From Candidatus Fervidifonticultor quintus (GTDB taxonomy: Bacteria; Sysuimicrobiota; Sysuimicrobiia; Sysuimicrobiales; Humicultoraceae), in the NCBI GenBank assembly GCA_031459535.1, contig JAVKIJ010000002.1, forward strand, positions 61,841-73,759: DNA of 11,919 nucleotides, written 5' to 3'. Within the stretch, counting starts at the first letter, position 1. Each line of letters begins with the position of its first letter. The position numbers were made by a program, and so were the translations under genes. Under the pieces are notes generated by a model. The model was not told where the DNA came from. It did not search any database and was given only the letters and a program-made list of their open reading frames with translations. Below, piece by piece: positions 1-7,234 of this stretch.

Positions 1-398
1 TAAAACGGAAAGACGGCGCTGGCTGAAAGCACCAGTTTCCCATCCGGCTGCAGGATCCGGCAGCAGTCGTCGACGAACCGCTGGGGGTCTGGTACATGCT
101 CCAGTACTCCGATGCAGATCACCACCGCGAACGACGACGCAGGAATCTGGCCCAGCCCCAGATAGTGCCGATCCACGTAGACATGGGCAGGAACGTGTCG
201 TTCCCACGTCACGACCAGTGCATTGGGGAAGTACCGCGCATAGTCGATCCCTGGATAAGGGTGCACGATGAGTGTCCGGGCTGTCGTCGCGTGGGCCTGG
301 TGCAGGCGCTCCAGCGCCCGGGCCGTCAGTCGGGACCGGGGTGGCCGTCGTCGAATCATCCTGTGGAGCGCGGCGCGTACTAATCTATGTCCTCGCAT
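1..398 (-). CDS. Class I SAM-dependent methyltransferase (Methyltransf_11-like), 3'-truncated by the window edge; absent from the ORF track
   Basis: Manual translation from ATG 398 (alternative ATG 359) stays open to base 1: MRGHRLVRAALHRMIRRRPPRSRLTARALERLHQAHATTARTLIVHPYPGIDYARYFPNALVVTWERHVPAHVYVDRHYLGLGQIPASSFAVVICIGVLEHVPDPQRFVDDCCRILQPDGKLVLSASAVFPF... The segment SFAVVICIGVLEHVPDP...RILQPDGKLVL matches the FDxVxxxxVLEHVxDP...RxLKPGG pattern of type-11 methyltransferases. Confidence 0.85.
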   Translation of the reverse strand, partial: MRGHRLVRAALHRMIRRRPPRSRLTARALERLHQAHATTARTLIVHPYPGIDYARYFPNALVVTWERHVPAHVYVDRHYLGLGQIPASSFAVVICIGVLEHVPDPQRFVDDCCRILQPDGKLVLSASAVFPF

Positions 399-483
399 GC
401 TCTCTGGCCCCGGGTAGCCACCCAGTACCCACGTCTACGGCATTGTGGTATATATATATCTTGCTGCCTCCAGCTTGGGACTC
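399..483. promoter_or_regulatory. Putative divergent promoter region containing a (TA)5T tract
   Basis: 85-bp gap between divergent starts (398 minus, 484 plus). TATATATATAT at 449-459 stands out in GC-rich DNA. TGGTATATA (446-454) and TATCTT (457-462) are -10-like. No convincing -35 was seen. Confidence 0.45.
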
Positions 484-1401
484 ATGCTTACGCCGCCTAC
501 TCGCTGGCTCTCAATTGTCGTCTGCACCCGGAACCGGGCCGCCAGCCTGACGCGCACCCTCGAGAGCCTCGGCGCCCTGGCGGTGCCTGACGGGTGCACC
601 GCCGAGCTCGTCGTGGTTGACAACGGCTCGACCGATGGCACGGCCGACGTCGTGGAGCGCTTCGCCCGGTCGACCACCATGCGCGTCCGCTACGCCTATG
701 AAGCCACACCGGGCGTCGCCCGGGCCCGCAACCGTGGGCTCCACGAGGCTGCGGGGGAGATCATCGCGTTCACGGACGACGACTGCCTCGTCGACTGCGG
801 CTGGCTCCAGCAGCTCGTCGCCGAGCTCGATGCCGATGCCCACACCGTCATGGTCTTCGGCCGGACCCGCATGGCGGTGAGCACACAGCCCGCCCTCTCT
901 GTCAAGGACGACGACGAGCGGCGGCTGTACGAATATCCGACACCACCGTGGGTCATCGGGCATGGAAACAACATGGCCATGCGGCGTGCCCTGGTGGATG
1001 AAGTCGGGTCGTTCGACGAAGGAATGGGTGCCGGAACGCGCGTGGGGTCGGGCAGCGACACCGAGTACGTATTCCGCATCCTGCGCAGGGGACACCGGAT
1101 CCTCTACAGCCCCGGGGCCGTTGTCTGGCACGACCTCAGCCGCTACACGGCCGAGGACGCCCAGCGGGTGTGGGATGCCTACGCCCGGGGCCGCGGGGCC
1201 TTCTACATCATGCACACGATCCGGGGCGACCGTTGGGCGGCCAAGATGTTGGCCCGGGAGTTGCTCCGCAAGGCCCGCGCCATTGTCGCGGGTGCCAACC
1301 GCCGCCGTGCATGGCGGGACTTGGTCGGGCTGCTGGCCGGCGTCGCCTACCGGCTGCGCGGCGAGCTGCGCCCGCGCGGACACCGGCCAGCAGCCCACTG
1401 A
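484..1401 (+). CDS. Glycosyltransferase family 2 (GT-A fold)
   Basis: Motifs SIVVCTRNR, VVVDNGSTDGT, GVARARNRGL, DxD-type IAFTDDDC, GHGNNMA and GSDTEY. ATG 484 (GGGA just upstream) is preferred over the track's GTG 445, which lies in the AT-rich promoter-like segment. Confidence 0.93.
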   Translation: MLTPPTRWLSIVVCTRNRAASLTRTLESLGALAVPDGCTAELVVVDNGSTDGTADVVERFARSTTMRVRYAYEATPGVARARNRGLHEAAGEIIAFTDDDCLVDCGWLQQLVAELDADAHTVMVFGRTRMAVSTQPALSVKDDDERRLYEYPTPPWVIGHGNNMAMRRALVDEVGSFDEGMGAGTRVGSGSDTEYVFRILRRGHRILYSPGAVVWHDLSRYTAEDAQRVWDAYARGRGAFYIMHTIRGDRWAAKMLARELLRKARAIVAGANRRRAWRDLVGLLAGVAYRLRGELRPRGHRPAAH

Positions 1402-1425
1402 ACGTCCACTGCCAGCCCGGTCCCC

Positions 1426-3555
1426 TTACCAGAACAGACCAATCCGCGTCACCCGGGCATTCCACCGTGGCTCGAAGTAGTCCCCCGCCGCGTCGGCGCG
1501 CCGGAGCAGCAAGGCTGTGCCGCCATTCTGCCATCGGATCTGCGTATCCACATGGGCATCGTTCGCAATCCAGAACTCGACACCGCCGAAGCTGGTATCC
1601 ACCACGTCGAGCACGTCTGGGTTGCCCGTCTGCGTCAGCACCCCGATGGCCGCCCTGCGATACCCGCGGAGGGTCCCGCGCAGGAAGAGCGTGGGTGCCC
1701 CGGGCCCTCCCGCGTGGCGGGCGTTCTGAACCGCAAAGTCCGTCAGCCCCGCCTGGTCGATGTACACGTTCTCGAATCTCAACTGCGGCGGCGGGGTGGA
1801 AACCGCGTGGAGGAGAACACCACCTTCGCGGTTCCCATAGATGGTCATATCGCGATAGTCGTACGGATTGCCGTACGCGCCGTGACTGAGGCCAAACCCT
1901 CCATTGTGGTACAGCACTGATCCAAATCCAACCCGGTGCACGTTGCCGGTATTTTGCCACGTGAACCACCCGTGCCGCCTGTTGTTGTGCGACACCACGC
2001 CGCGGACGTCCCAGATGCCCCACGCCTCGCCATCGGGGCTCTTGCCAGGGTCCACGGACTCACCCTCACCCCAGTGCACTCCGGAGGCGTCCTTGTTCCC
2101 CTGCACACCTACCGCCACGCTGTTGACGAGTCTGTTGCGCTTACCACCGGCCAGGAAGAAGCCGGTGGTTCGAAAGCCCCGGTAGTCGAGATTGAACGTG
2201 ATCCGGGATGCCACGCATTCTTCCCACAAGATGTCGTGGCTGCCGTTCGAAAAATCCTTGGTGCGGGTGTCAACCATGAGAGGGTCCCACCCGAAGCCTG
2301 CCATCTCATAGCCGTCATGAACGATCGTCCTGCGGACGGTCACGCCATGGCTTCCATGGGTATTGACGCCCAAATTCCCCACATCGCGCACCACGACGCC
2401 CTCGACGAGACTCCCGCGCGACGCGTCACCCATCCGGTGGAAGTGCAAGGGATACCGCCCCAGCACGCCGGACACGTTGCCGTCGGCGTCCGGCGGCCGC
2501 TGCGGTCCCATGTAGCGAATGGCAAGGTACTTCAGCACCTGCGGTCGCGTGGCCATATTGAGGATGATGTGCGCTCTCCCGGTAGGCGTTCCCTCGATTC
2601 GGACGTTCCGCGTGACGTTGAGGACTTCCGCAGCCATCACGACACCCTGACGCACCTGTACCGCAGGATGGGCGAATTGCAGGGGCCGGTCGAGGATGAT
2701 GTCCCGCCCGCTGATGCTCTGGATCGTCACGTAGTCGTAGGCGTCATGGAACTCTGTCGTGGTTGGAGGTAGCGTTGGTGTAAGGATTAGCTCGTCGCCC
2801 GCACGCCAGCCCACGGGGTCCTGCGCCAGCGTGATCCGCGTCTGCCCCGACTGTACGCCCCCCGCCAGCCGCGTCCACGCCAGCTTGGCGCTGCCCTGCG
2901 CGTCGAGCACGGCCCCACCCTGCACCCACAGGCCCACGTCGGAGTCGAGCGGCTCCATGGTGTGGCCACCGACGTAGCGCCGCTCGTCGATGCCCACGAA
3001 CCGCAGGGTATGCACGATCTCCGGACCGTTGGGCCTCATCTCCACCCGGCCGGTGCCTCGCACGATCAGGTTGCCAGCCAGCGTGAGGGTAGCTGACGTA
3101 CCCCGGCCAAACAGCAGGGTGCCCTCGACCACCAGCACCCGGGCTTCGGCCTGGGTCGTATCGACCTCAACCGCCTTGCCCACGGGAATGAGGACGTCGG
3201 TGGTCCGGTTCGGGATCCGGCCCGATGCCCAGGTAGCAGGATCGCTCCACCGCGCGCCCGAGGTCACGGGCGAGGGTGTGGGTGTCGGCGCAGGAGTAGA
3301 GCTAGGAGTGGGCTTCGGAGTCGGGGTGGGGGAAGGCCTCGGAGTGGGGCTGGGCGATGGGCGGGGAGTTGGAGTGGGACTGGGTGTAGGCTGAGGCCTG
3401 GGCCTGGCTGTCCCCGGCCCCCACGACTGCGCGGTCACATGCCTGTGGCCTGACGCGGAGTCGTAGGACCCGCCAAAAGAACGCAGACTGAGGGGAGTGG
3501 AAACCGCGAGGAACAACAACCCGCAAACAACACTGCACACTGCGCGGGGACGCAT
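1426..3555 (-). CDS. Exported G8-domain / right-handed beta-helix protein (CEMIP/TMEM2/fibrocystin-like architecture) with Pro/Thr linker
   Basis: 709 aa; AGGAGG 5 nt upstream of the ATG. Basic-plus-hydrophobic N-terminus ([19 protein letters not shown]), then a PT/PS linker. G8 start [26 protein letters not shown]; motifs [37 protein letters not shown] and [12 protein letters not shown]; then Asn/Gly-rich beta-helix-like repeats ([24 protein letters not shown]). Confidence 0.85.
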   Translation of the reverse strand: MRPRAVCSVVCGLLFLAVSTPLSLRSFGGSYDSASGHRHVTAQSWGPGTARPRPQPTPSPTPTPRPSPSPTPRPSPTPTPKPTPSSTPAPTPTPSPVTSGARWSDPATWASGRIPNRTTDVLIPVGKAVEVDTTQAEARVLVVEGTLLFGRGTSATLTLAGNLIVRGTGRVEMRPNGPEIVHTLRFVGIDERRYVGGHTMEPLDSDVGLWVQGGAVLDAQGSAKLAWTRLAGGVQSGQTRITLAQDPVGWRAGDELILTPTLPPTTTEFHDAYDYVTIQSISGRDIILDRPLQFAHPAVQVRQGVVMAAEVLNVTRNVRIEGTPTGRAHIILNMATRPQVLKYLAIRYMGPQRPPDADGNVSGVLGRYPLHFHRMGDASRGSLVEGVVVRDVGNLGVNTHGSHGVTVRRTIVHDGYEMAGFGWDPLMVDTRTKDFSNGSHDILWEECVASRITFNLDYRGFRTTGFFLAGGKRNRLVNSVAVGVQGNKDASGVHWGEGESVDPGKSPDGEAWGIWDVRGVVSHNNRRHGWFTWQNTGNVHRVGFGSVLYHNGGFGLSHGAYGNPYDYRDMTIYGNREGGVLLHAVSTPPPQLRFENVYIDQAGLTDFAVQNARHAGGPGAPTLFLRGTLRGYRRAAIGVLTQTGNPDVLDVVDTSFGGVEFWIANDAHVDTQIRWQNGGTALLLRRADAAGDYFEPRWNARVTRIGLFW
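3268..3402 (-). repeat. Pro-Thr/Ser low-complexity linker (residues 52-96 of the G8 protein)
   Basis: [45 protein letters not shown]. Codons vary, so this is a protein-level repeat rather than a perfect DNA tandem repeat. Confidence 0.9.
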
Positions 3556-3560
3556 CGGAT

Positions 3561-3566
3561 CCTCCT
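3561..3566 (-). promoter_or_regulatory. Shine-Dalgarno site of the G8 protein gene
   Basis: Minus strand reads tatcAGGAGGatccgATG. Confidence 0.85.
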
Positions 3567-3612
3567 GATACTACGGAGCCATCCGGTGCGCGCATGCCGC
3601 GCACTGCAGCCC

Positions 3613-3702
3613 TCTTCGGCAACCCGGCTGTCTCGCCGTGCAACCGCAACGAGACCCGTGGCTTTGCGCCCTCGGATCGCTCCGAGTTTGCCCTTATCGG
3701 CG
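3613..3702 (-). ncRNA. c-di-GMP-I (GEMM-I) riboswitch aptamer
   Basis: Minus strand reads CCGAUAAGGGCAAA-CUCGGA-GCGA-UCCGAG-GGCGCAAAG-CCACGG-GUCUCGUUG-CGGUUGCA-CGGCGAGAC-AGCCGGGUUGCCGAA. It contains GGCAAA, a perfect 6-bp P2 stem capped by a GNRA tetraloop, the GCAAAG junction, a P3 stem with GUCU/AGAC plus AG bulge, and the closing UUGCCGAA. By-eye alignment to the Vibrio cholerae Vc2 aptamer places G20 at 3692, A47 at 3665 and C92 at 3619. It lies in the correct orientation about 60 nt upstream of the G8 gene ATG. Confidence 0.92.
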
Positions 3703-3720
3703 GCTCCAGGATGTGTTGAC

Positions 3721-3726
3721 ATAGTA
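3721..3726 (-). promoter_or_regulatory. Putative -10 box (TACTAT) for the riboswitch-G8 transcript
   Basis: TACTAT (TAnnnT) about 20 nt upstream of the aptamer, in the gap after the GT4 stop. No good -35 at 17 bp spacing. Confidence 0.4.
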
Positions 3727-3745
3727 TGCCCATCGGGCTCGAGCC

Positions 3746-4906
3746 CTAGTCCACCACTTCCTGGTACAACGCCTCGAGCCTGCTCACAGCGACCCGGATG
3801 TCGTAACGCTGGCGCACCCACGCCTGTGCCTGCCGGCCCAACTGCCAGGCGGCTTCGCGATCCACCGCCAGCCGTACAAGCGCGGAAGCCAAGCTAGCCG
3901 GTGACTGTGCCTCCGCCAGGGCGGCCACCCGACCGTTGTCTGTGACCTCCCGCAGGGCCGGAATGTTGCTGCACACACACGGTTTGCCGGCGGCCATGGC
4001 CTCCAAGACCGCATTCCCGAGGCCCTCGAACAGGGACGGAAATACGAAGATGTCGGCAGCGTGAAGGAGCCGCGCAACGTCGTCGCGTTCTCCGAGCAGA
4101 CTCACATGGTCGGTCAGCCCCAGGTCGCGAATCAGACGCTCGAGCACGGGGCGTAGCCGCCCCTCTCCGGCAATGGCGAGCCGGGCCATGGGGAATCGCG
4201 CCACCACGGCTGTCATGGCCCTGACCGCGTACTGTTGTCCCTTTTGGGGTACCAGACGGCCCACGTTCACGATCACAGGATAGGCGTCCTGCCACCCCAG
4301 TGACTGCCTCACCGCCGCCGCATCCTCACAGCCCACCCACCGTTCGGGTACCAGGCCCCTCGGGATGATGACGATCCGTTCCGGCGGAATGCCCAGGCGC
4401 CTCACCGCGGATACCTTGACACTCTCAGTGATGGCCACGTACCGCGTGTCCCCCAGCCTGGTCGTCACACGGTCGATGGCCTGGACGCTCCACACCTTCC
4501 ACGGCGTCAAGCGCGGGTTGTCCAGACGCCACTCGGGTTCATAGGTGGTATTCACCAGCGAGGTGATCACGGGAATGCGACACCAGCGGCCGACGATTCG
4601 GGCAGCCACGCCCGGTCTGAACAGTGTGGCGTGAATCACGTGGGGGCGCACCTCTTGCACCACTCGCCGCAACCCTGCTACGGACCGTACAAGACCCATC
4701 CTGGAACCTACCCCCAGATTGCAAATCCGCACCCCAGTTGCAATGAGTTCGGACTCAACCGGGCCTCCTGCGCCGAGCGTGCATACTACGTGACGGAAGC
4801 GCTGAGGGTCAGACCGCCTGAGAAAGGTCGCGAGCTGCCGCTCCGCTCCACCGGTGCCAAGCGTATCGAGGACGTGTAGAACGATCAGGTGCCTCTCTGG
4901 CCCCAT
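3746..4906 (-). CDS. Glycosyltransferase family 4 (GT-B fold, retaining)
   Basis: Motifs VLHVLDTLGTGGAERQL, NVGRLVPQKG, IAGEG and ADIFVFPSLF-EGLGNAVLE-AMAAGKP (EX7E). Confidence 0.95.
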   Translation of the reverse strand: MGPERHLIVLHVLDTLGTGGAERQLATFLRRSDPQRFRHVVCTLGAGGPVESELIATGVRICNLGVGSRMGLVRSVAGLRRVVQEVRPHVIHATLFRPGVAARIVGRWCRIPVITSLVNTTYEPEWRLDNPRLTPWKVWSVQAIDRVTTRLGDTRYVAITESVKVSAVRRLGIPPERIVIIPRGLVPERWVGCEDAAAVRQSLGWQDAYPVIVNVGRLVPQKGQQYAVRAMTAVVARFPMARLAIAGEGRLRPVLERLIRDLGLTDHVSLLGERDDVARLLHAADIFVFPSLFEGLGNAVLEAMAAGKPCVCSNIPALREVTDNGRVAALAEAQSPASLASALVRLAVDREAAWQLGRQAQAWVRQRYDIRVAVSRLEALYQEVVD

Positions 4907-4909
4907 GTC

Positions 4910-5491
4910 TCAAAACGACGAACCGGGGTGCGGGGGCCAGGGCACCACGTCCATCAGCCGTACCGACTCCAGCACGTCTCTCACCAGCGTGCCGTCCCGG
5001 AGCCTGCTCATCAGCTCGCGGTCGGGCAGGGTCTCGATCTCACGCCCGGCATCGGCCAGCTCGTCCAGACGCAGGAACATCTGGTACGCCTGGGGATCGA
5101 CCAGGCGTCTGAACCGCTGTTCGAGGTGCACCTGCAGCGCCAGCACCACCTCGGCGCTAATCCGGCGGGTCAACCACCGACAGTTGTCGTTCAGGAAGGT
5201 GAGGCGCAGGTGCATACCATAAGGCAGGTCACGCCGGGCAGAGACCTCCTCCAGCCGCTGATCGAGCTCCTTCAACTGATTGAGCAGTGCCAGGCAATCG
5301 GCGAGCAGGTCGGCTGGCGGACGCGTTTCAACGCTCGCCTGCACGGCGAGGAATCGCTGTTCAAGCGAGCGCAGCACGCTGCGGGCCTCGCCGACGACAA
5401 CCCTCACGGGTTCCGCGCGCAGGCCCGGCCGCGGGCGTACGCGCACCCGCGGCCCTTCCTCCCAGCGCCGCTCCCGCTCCTCCCAAGCCAT
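4910..5491 (-). CDS. Hypothetical protein, soluble and predicted alpha-helical/coiled-coil
   Basis: 193 aa; strong SD (GGAGGT, 5497-5502) 5 nt before the ATG; stop 3 nt before the GT4 ATG; same strand as neighbours. Leu/Glu/Arg-rich with heptad-like LNQLKELDQRLEEV. No family recognised. Confidence 0.75.
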   Translation of the reverse strand: MAWEERERRWEEGPRVRVRPRPGLRAEPVRVVVGEARSVLRSLEQRFLAVQASVETRPPADLLADCLALLNQLKELDQRLEEVSARRDLPYGMHLRLTFLNDNCRWLTRRISAEVVLALQVHLEQRFRRLVDPQAYQMFLRLDELADAGREIETLPDRELMSRLRDGTLVRDVLESVRLMDVVPWPPHPGSSF

Positions 5492-5627
5492 TAGCGACCT
5501 CCGCTCCGAACCGTGGCCACCGCATCGCGCCCGGACCGCGATGCCCCAACTTGCGTCATCGGACCCCCAACAACCGCGACGCGTGCTACTGTGTACTCAC
5601 ATCGCTTCCAAAGCTCGTCGAATCCCA

Positions 5628-7232
5628 TCAGGGCGACCTTTCCCTGCCCCGTTCCTTCTCGCGTTCAGGCCCCGAAGACGGAAGCCCGTACAGACGATAC
5701 CGCTCGTCCTCATACAACACCACCCAGCCGGGGCAAGCAGCCATCTCGACCGGCGCAACGACGTGAGTAATCCCATAGTCGGAGCTCAGGAAACCAGCCA
5801 GGCGACACCGATCTGCCTGCGAGTGGCGATAGAATGCTTCGGACAACCCTAGCCGCCGATACCACTCAAGCACAGCCTTGTCTTCATAAGGAATGAACTC
5901 GAAGTCCACAAACGTCGGCGCGCCTGTGCTCAGTCGGAAGGCGTCCCAGCGGGACGGAATCATGTAGAGGTGTGAAGACAGGGCGGTCTTCCGCACGAAA
6001 GCAAAGAGGTCAGCACGGTCGTCACGGCGGTGCTCCAAAGTCCTGGCCCATGTGTCTGACACCCCGCCTGCCGCCAGGAATATCATCGCAAGCACCGCTA
6101 CGCTCCGTGCGCCAACCGCGAGCCCTGGGCGGGCCGTAAGCATCTCGGCGGCAGCAGCGCTCAGGCGTGCGACTACCACGGCGGTCGCCAGTGGTACGAG
6201 CACAACGGAAATCCGCCACGGAAAGAGTACCGCCAAGGCCTGGCTTCCGGAGGTCAGCTGCATGACCGTGAGCCCTACAGCGGCGGCTGCCCATAGCCCC
6301 ATGATCCAGGCCAAATCCGCACGATGCACGAGAACGATTGCAGCGACCACGACCGCCAACTTCACAAAGACCATCGGACCGAGCCACCGGCCCACAACCG
6401 CGTGGTGGGGAAACCTGAACTCCACCAGGATTTGCCGGGACAGGCGCCAGGCATCCGGGTCGCTGGGACCAAAGTTGAGCGCAGCGAAGGCAGCCACCGG
6501 TGCCAGCAACGCGCCAGCGACAGCCAAGACGACCGCGGCTGCACGACGTTCTGTCGGCCTACGGATCAGGATCAGGACATAAGCGGCAATGAGCACCGCC
6601 GAGGTCACAAGATACGCTGGATGAACCGCGGCCGCTGCGGCCGCCGCGACCGCCGCGGCGGTGGGTTGGTTACGAAGGAACAGATACACCGAGAAGACCA
6701 AGAGAACGCCGAAGGTAGCCGGCTGGAGCATTCCCCCGCCTAGCAGTTCCTGGAGGGCAACACCCCTGACAAGCTGGCCAGGGAGATTGGCCCCGAGAAG
6801 CCAAATTGACCACGCTGCCACCACCGGTGAATGCAGAACGGTCACGCTAGCCAGAAAAAGCAGGCTAGCCGTGGCTCCTCCTCGCCAGCCAGGTAGTCGT
6901 GCGGCGATCCCCAGCAAACTGTAGGCATAGAGTGCGACCAATCCGCCGTAGTACAGGTGAAAAGCGCCCGGGTGGAGAAAAACAATTGTAAAGCGCACCA
7001 GCTGGGTAAAGATGGGCCAGACCTCAATGGTGCCAGCCAGCCAGTCGGCCCGCAATATCCCAACGCCAGCTTGTGCGAGTCCGTGAAAGAAGTACTGATT
7101 CTGGTTTGCATGATAGAGCGGCGTAAAGCCATACGCGGCTGCAAACGCTGCCGCTAGAATGAGCGACCAGCCTATAGAGAGGCCGGCTGGGTTGGTGGTC
7201 TTTGTGACCACAGGAAGCGTAGCTCGTTTCAT
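5628..7232 (-). CDS. Polytopic membrane protein, DUF6798-like; probable GT-C-fold lipid-linked sugar transferase
   Basis: About 11-13 hydrophobic segments; first external loop PLYHANQNQYFFHGLAQAG..LRADWL; LVEFRFPHH; FPWR; soluble C-terminal domain FRLSTGAPTFVDFEFIPY..AVLEWYRRL. Start is ATG 7232 (2 nt after the upstream stop) or GTG 7241 (overlapping it). The CDS is secure; the function is inferred. Confidence 0.7.
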   Translation of the reverse strand: MKRATLPVVTKTTNPAGLSIGWSLILAAAFAAAYGFTPLYHANQNQYFFHGLAQAGVGILRADWLAGTIEVWPIFTQLVRFTIVFLHPGAFHLYYGGLVALYAYSLLGIAARLPGWRGGATASLLFLASVTVLHSPVVAAWSIWLLGANLPGQLVRGVALQELLGGGMLQPATFGVLLVFSVYLFLRNQPTAAAVAAAAAAAVHPAYLVTSAVLIAAYVLILIRRPTERRAAAVVLAVAGALLAPVAAFAALNFGPSDPDAWRLSRQILVEFRFPHHAVVGRWLGPMVFVKLAVVVAAIVLVHRADLAWIMGLWAAAAVGLTVMQLTSGSQALAVLFPWRISVVLVPLATAVVVARLSAAAAEMLTARPGLAVGARSVAVLAMIFLAAGGVSDTWARTLEHRRDDRADLFAFVRKTALSSHLYMIPSRWDAFRLSTGAPTFVDFEFIPYEDKAVLEWYRRLGLSEAFYRHSQADRCRLAGFLSSDYGITHVVAPVEMAACPGWVVLYEDERYRLYGLPSSGPEREKERGRERSP

Positions 7233-7234
7233 GA

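Noticed and set aside
96-383. 95-aa plus-strand ORF in the track
   Set aside because: Antisense to the minus-strand methyltransferase frame, which carries the recognisable motifs.
511-2772. ORFs 511..1398 (-), 1170..1889 (+), 1208..2023 (-) and 1936..2772 (+)
   Set aside because: Shadow or alternative frames of the GT2 and G8 genes, with no recognisable domains.
3692-3692. Possibility that the riboswitch is the cGAMP-sensing variant
   Set aside because: The position equivalent to Vc2 nucleotide 20 is G, not A, in my alignment.
3716-3721. Perfect TTGACA on the plus strand
   Set aside because: No -10 box at 16-18 bp (the sequence there is TCGAGC-like), and it would point antisense into the GT4 gene.
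3735-3746. 12-bp palindrome GGGCTCGAGCCC at the GT4 stop
   Set aside because: No loop or U-tract, so not an intrinsic terminator. A single GC-rich palindrome is weak evidence for an operator.
3302-3897. ORFs 3302..3733 (-), 3435..3821 (-) and 3586..3897 (+) crossing the GT4-G8 gap
   Set aside because: They overlap real genes and the riboswitch, which explains this interval better.
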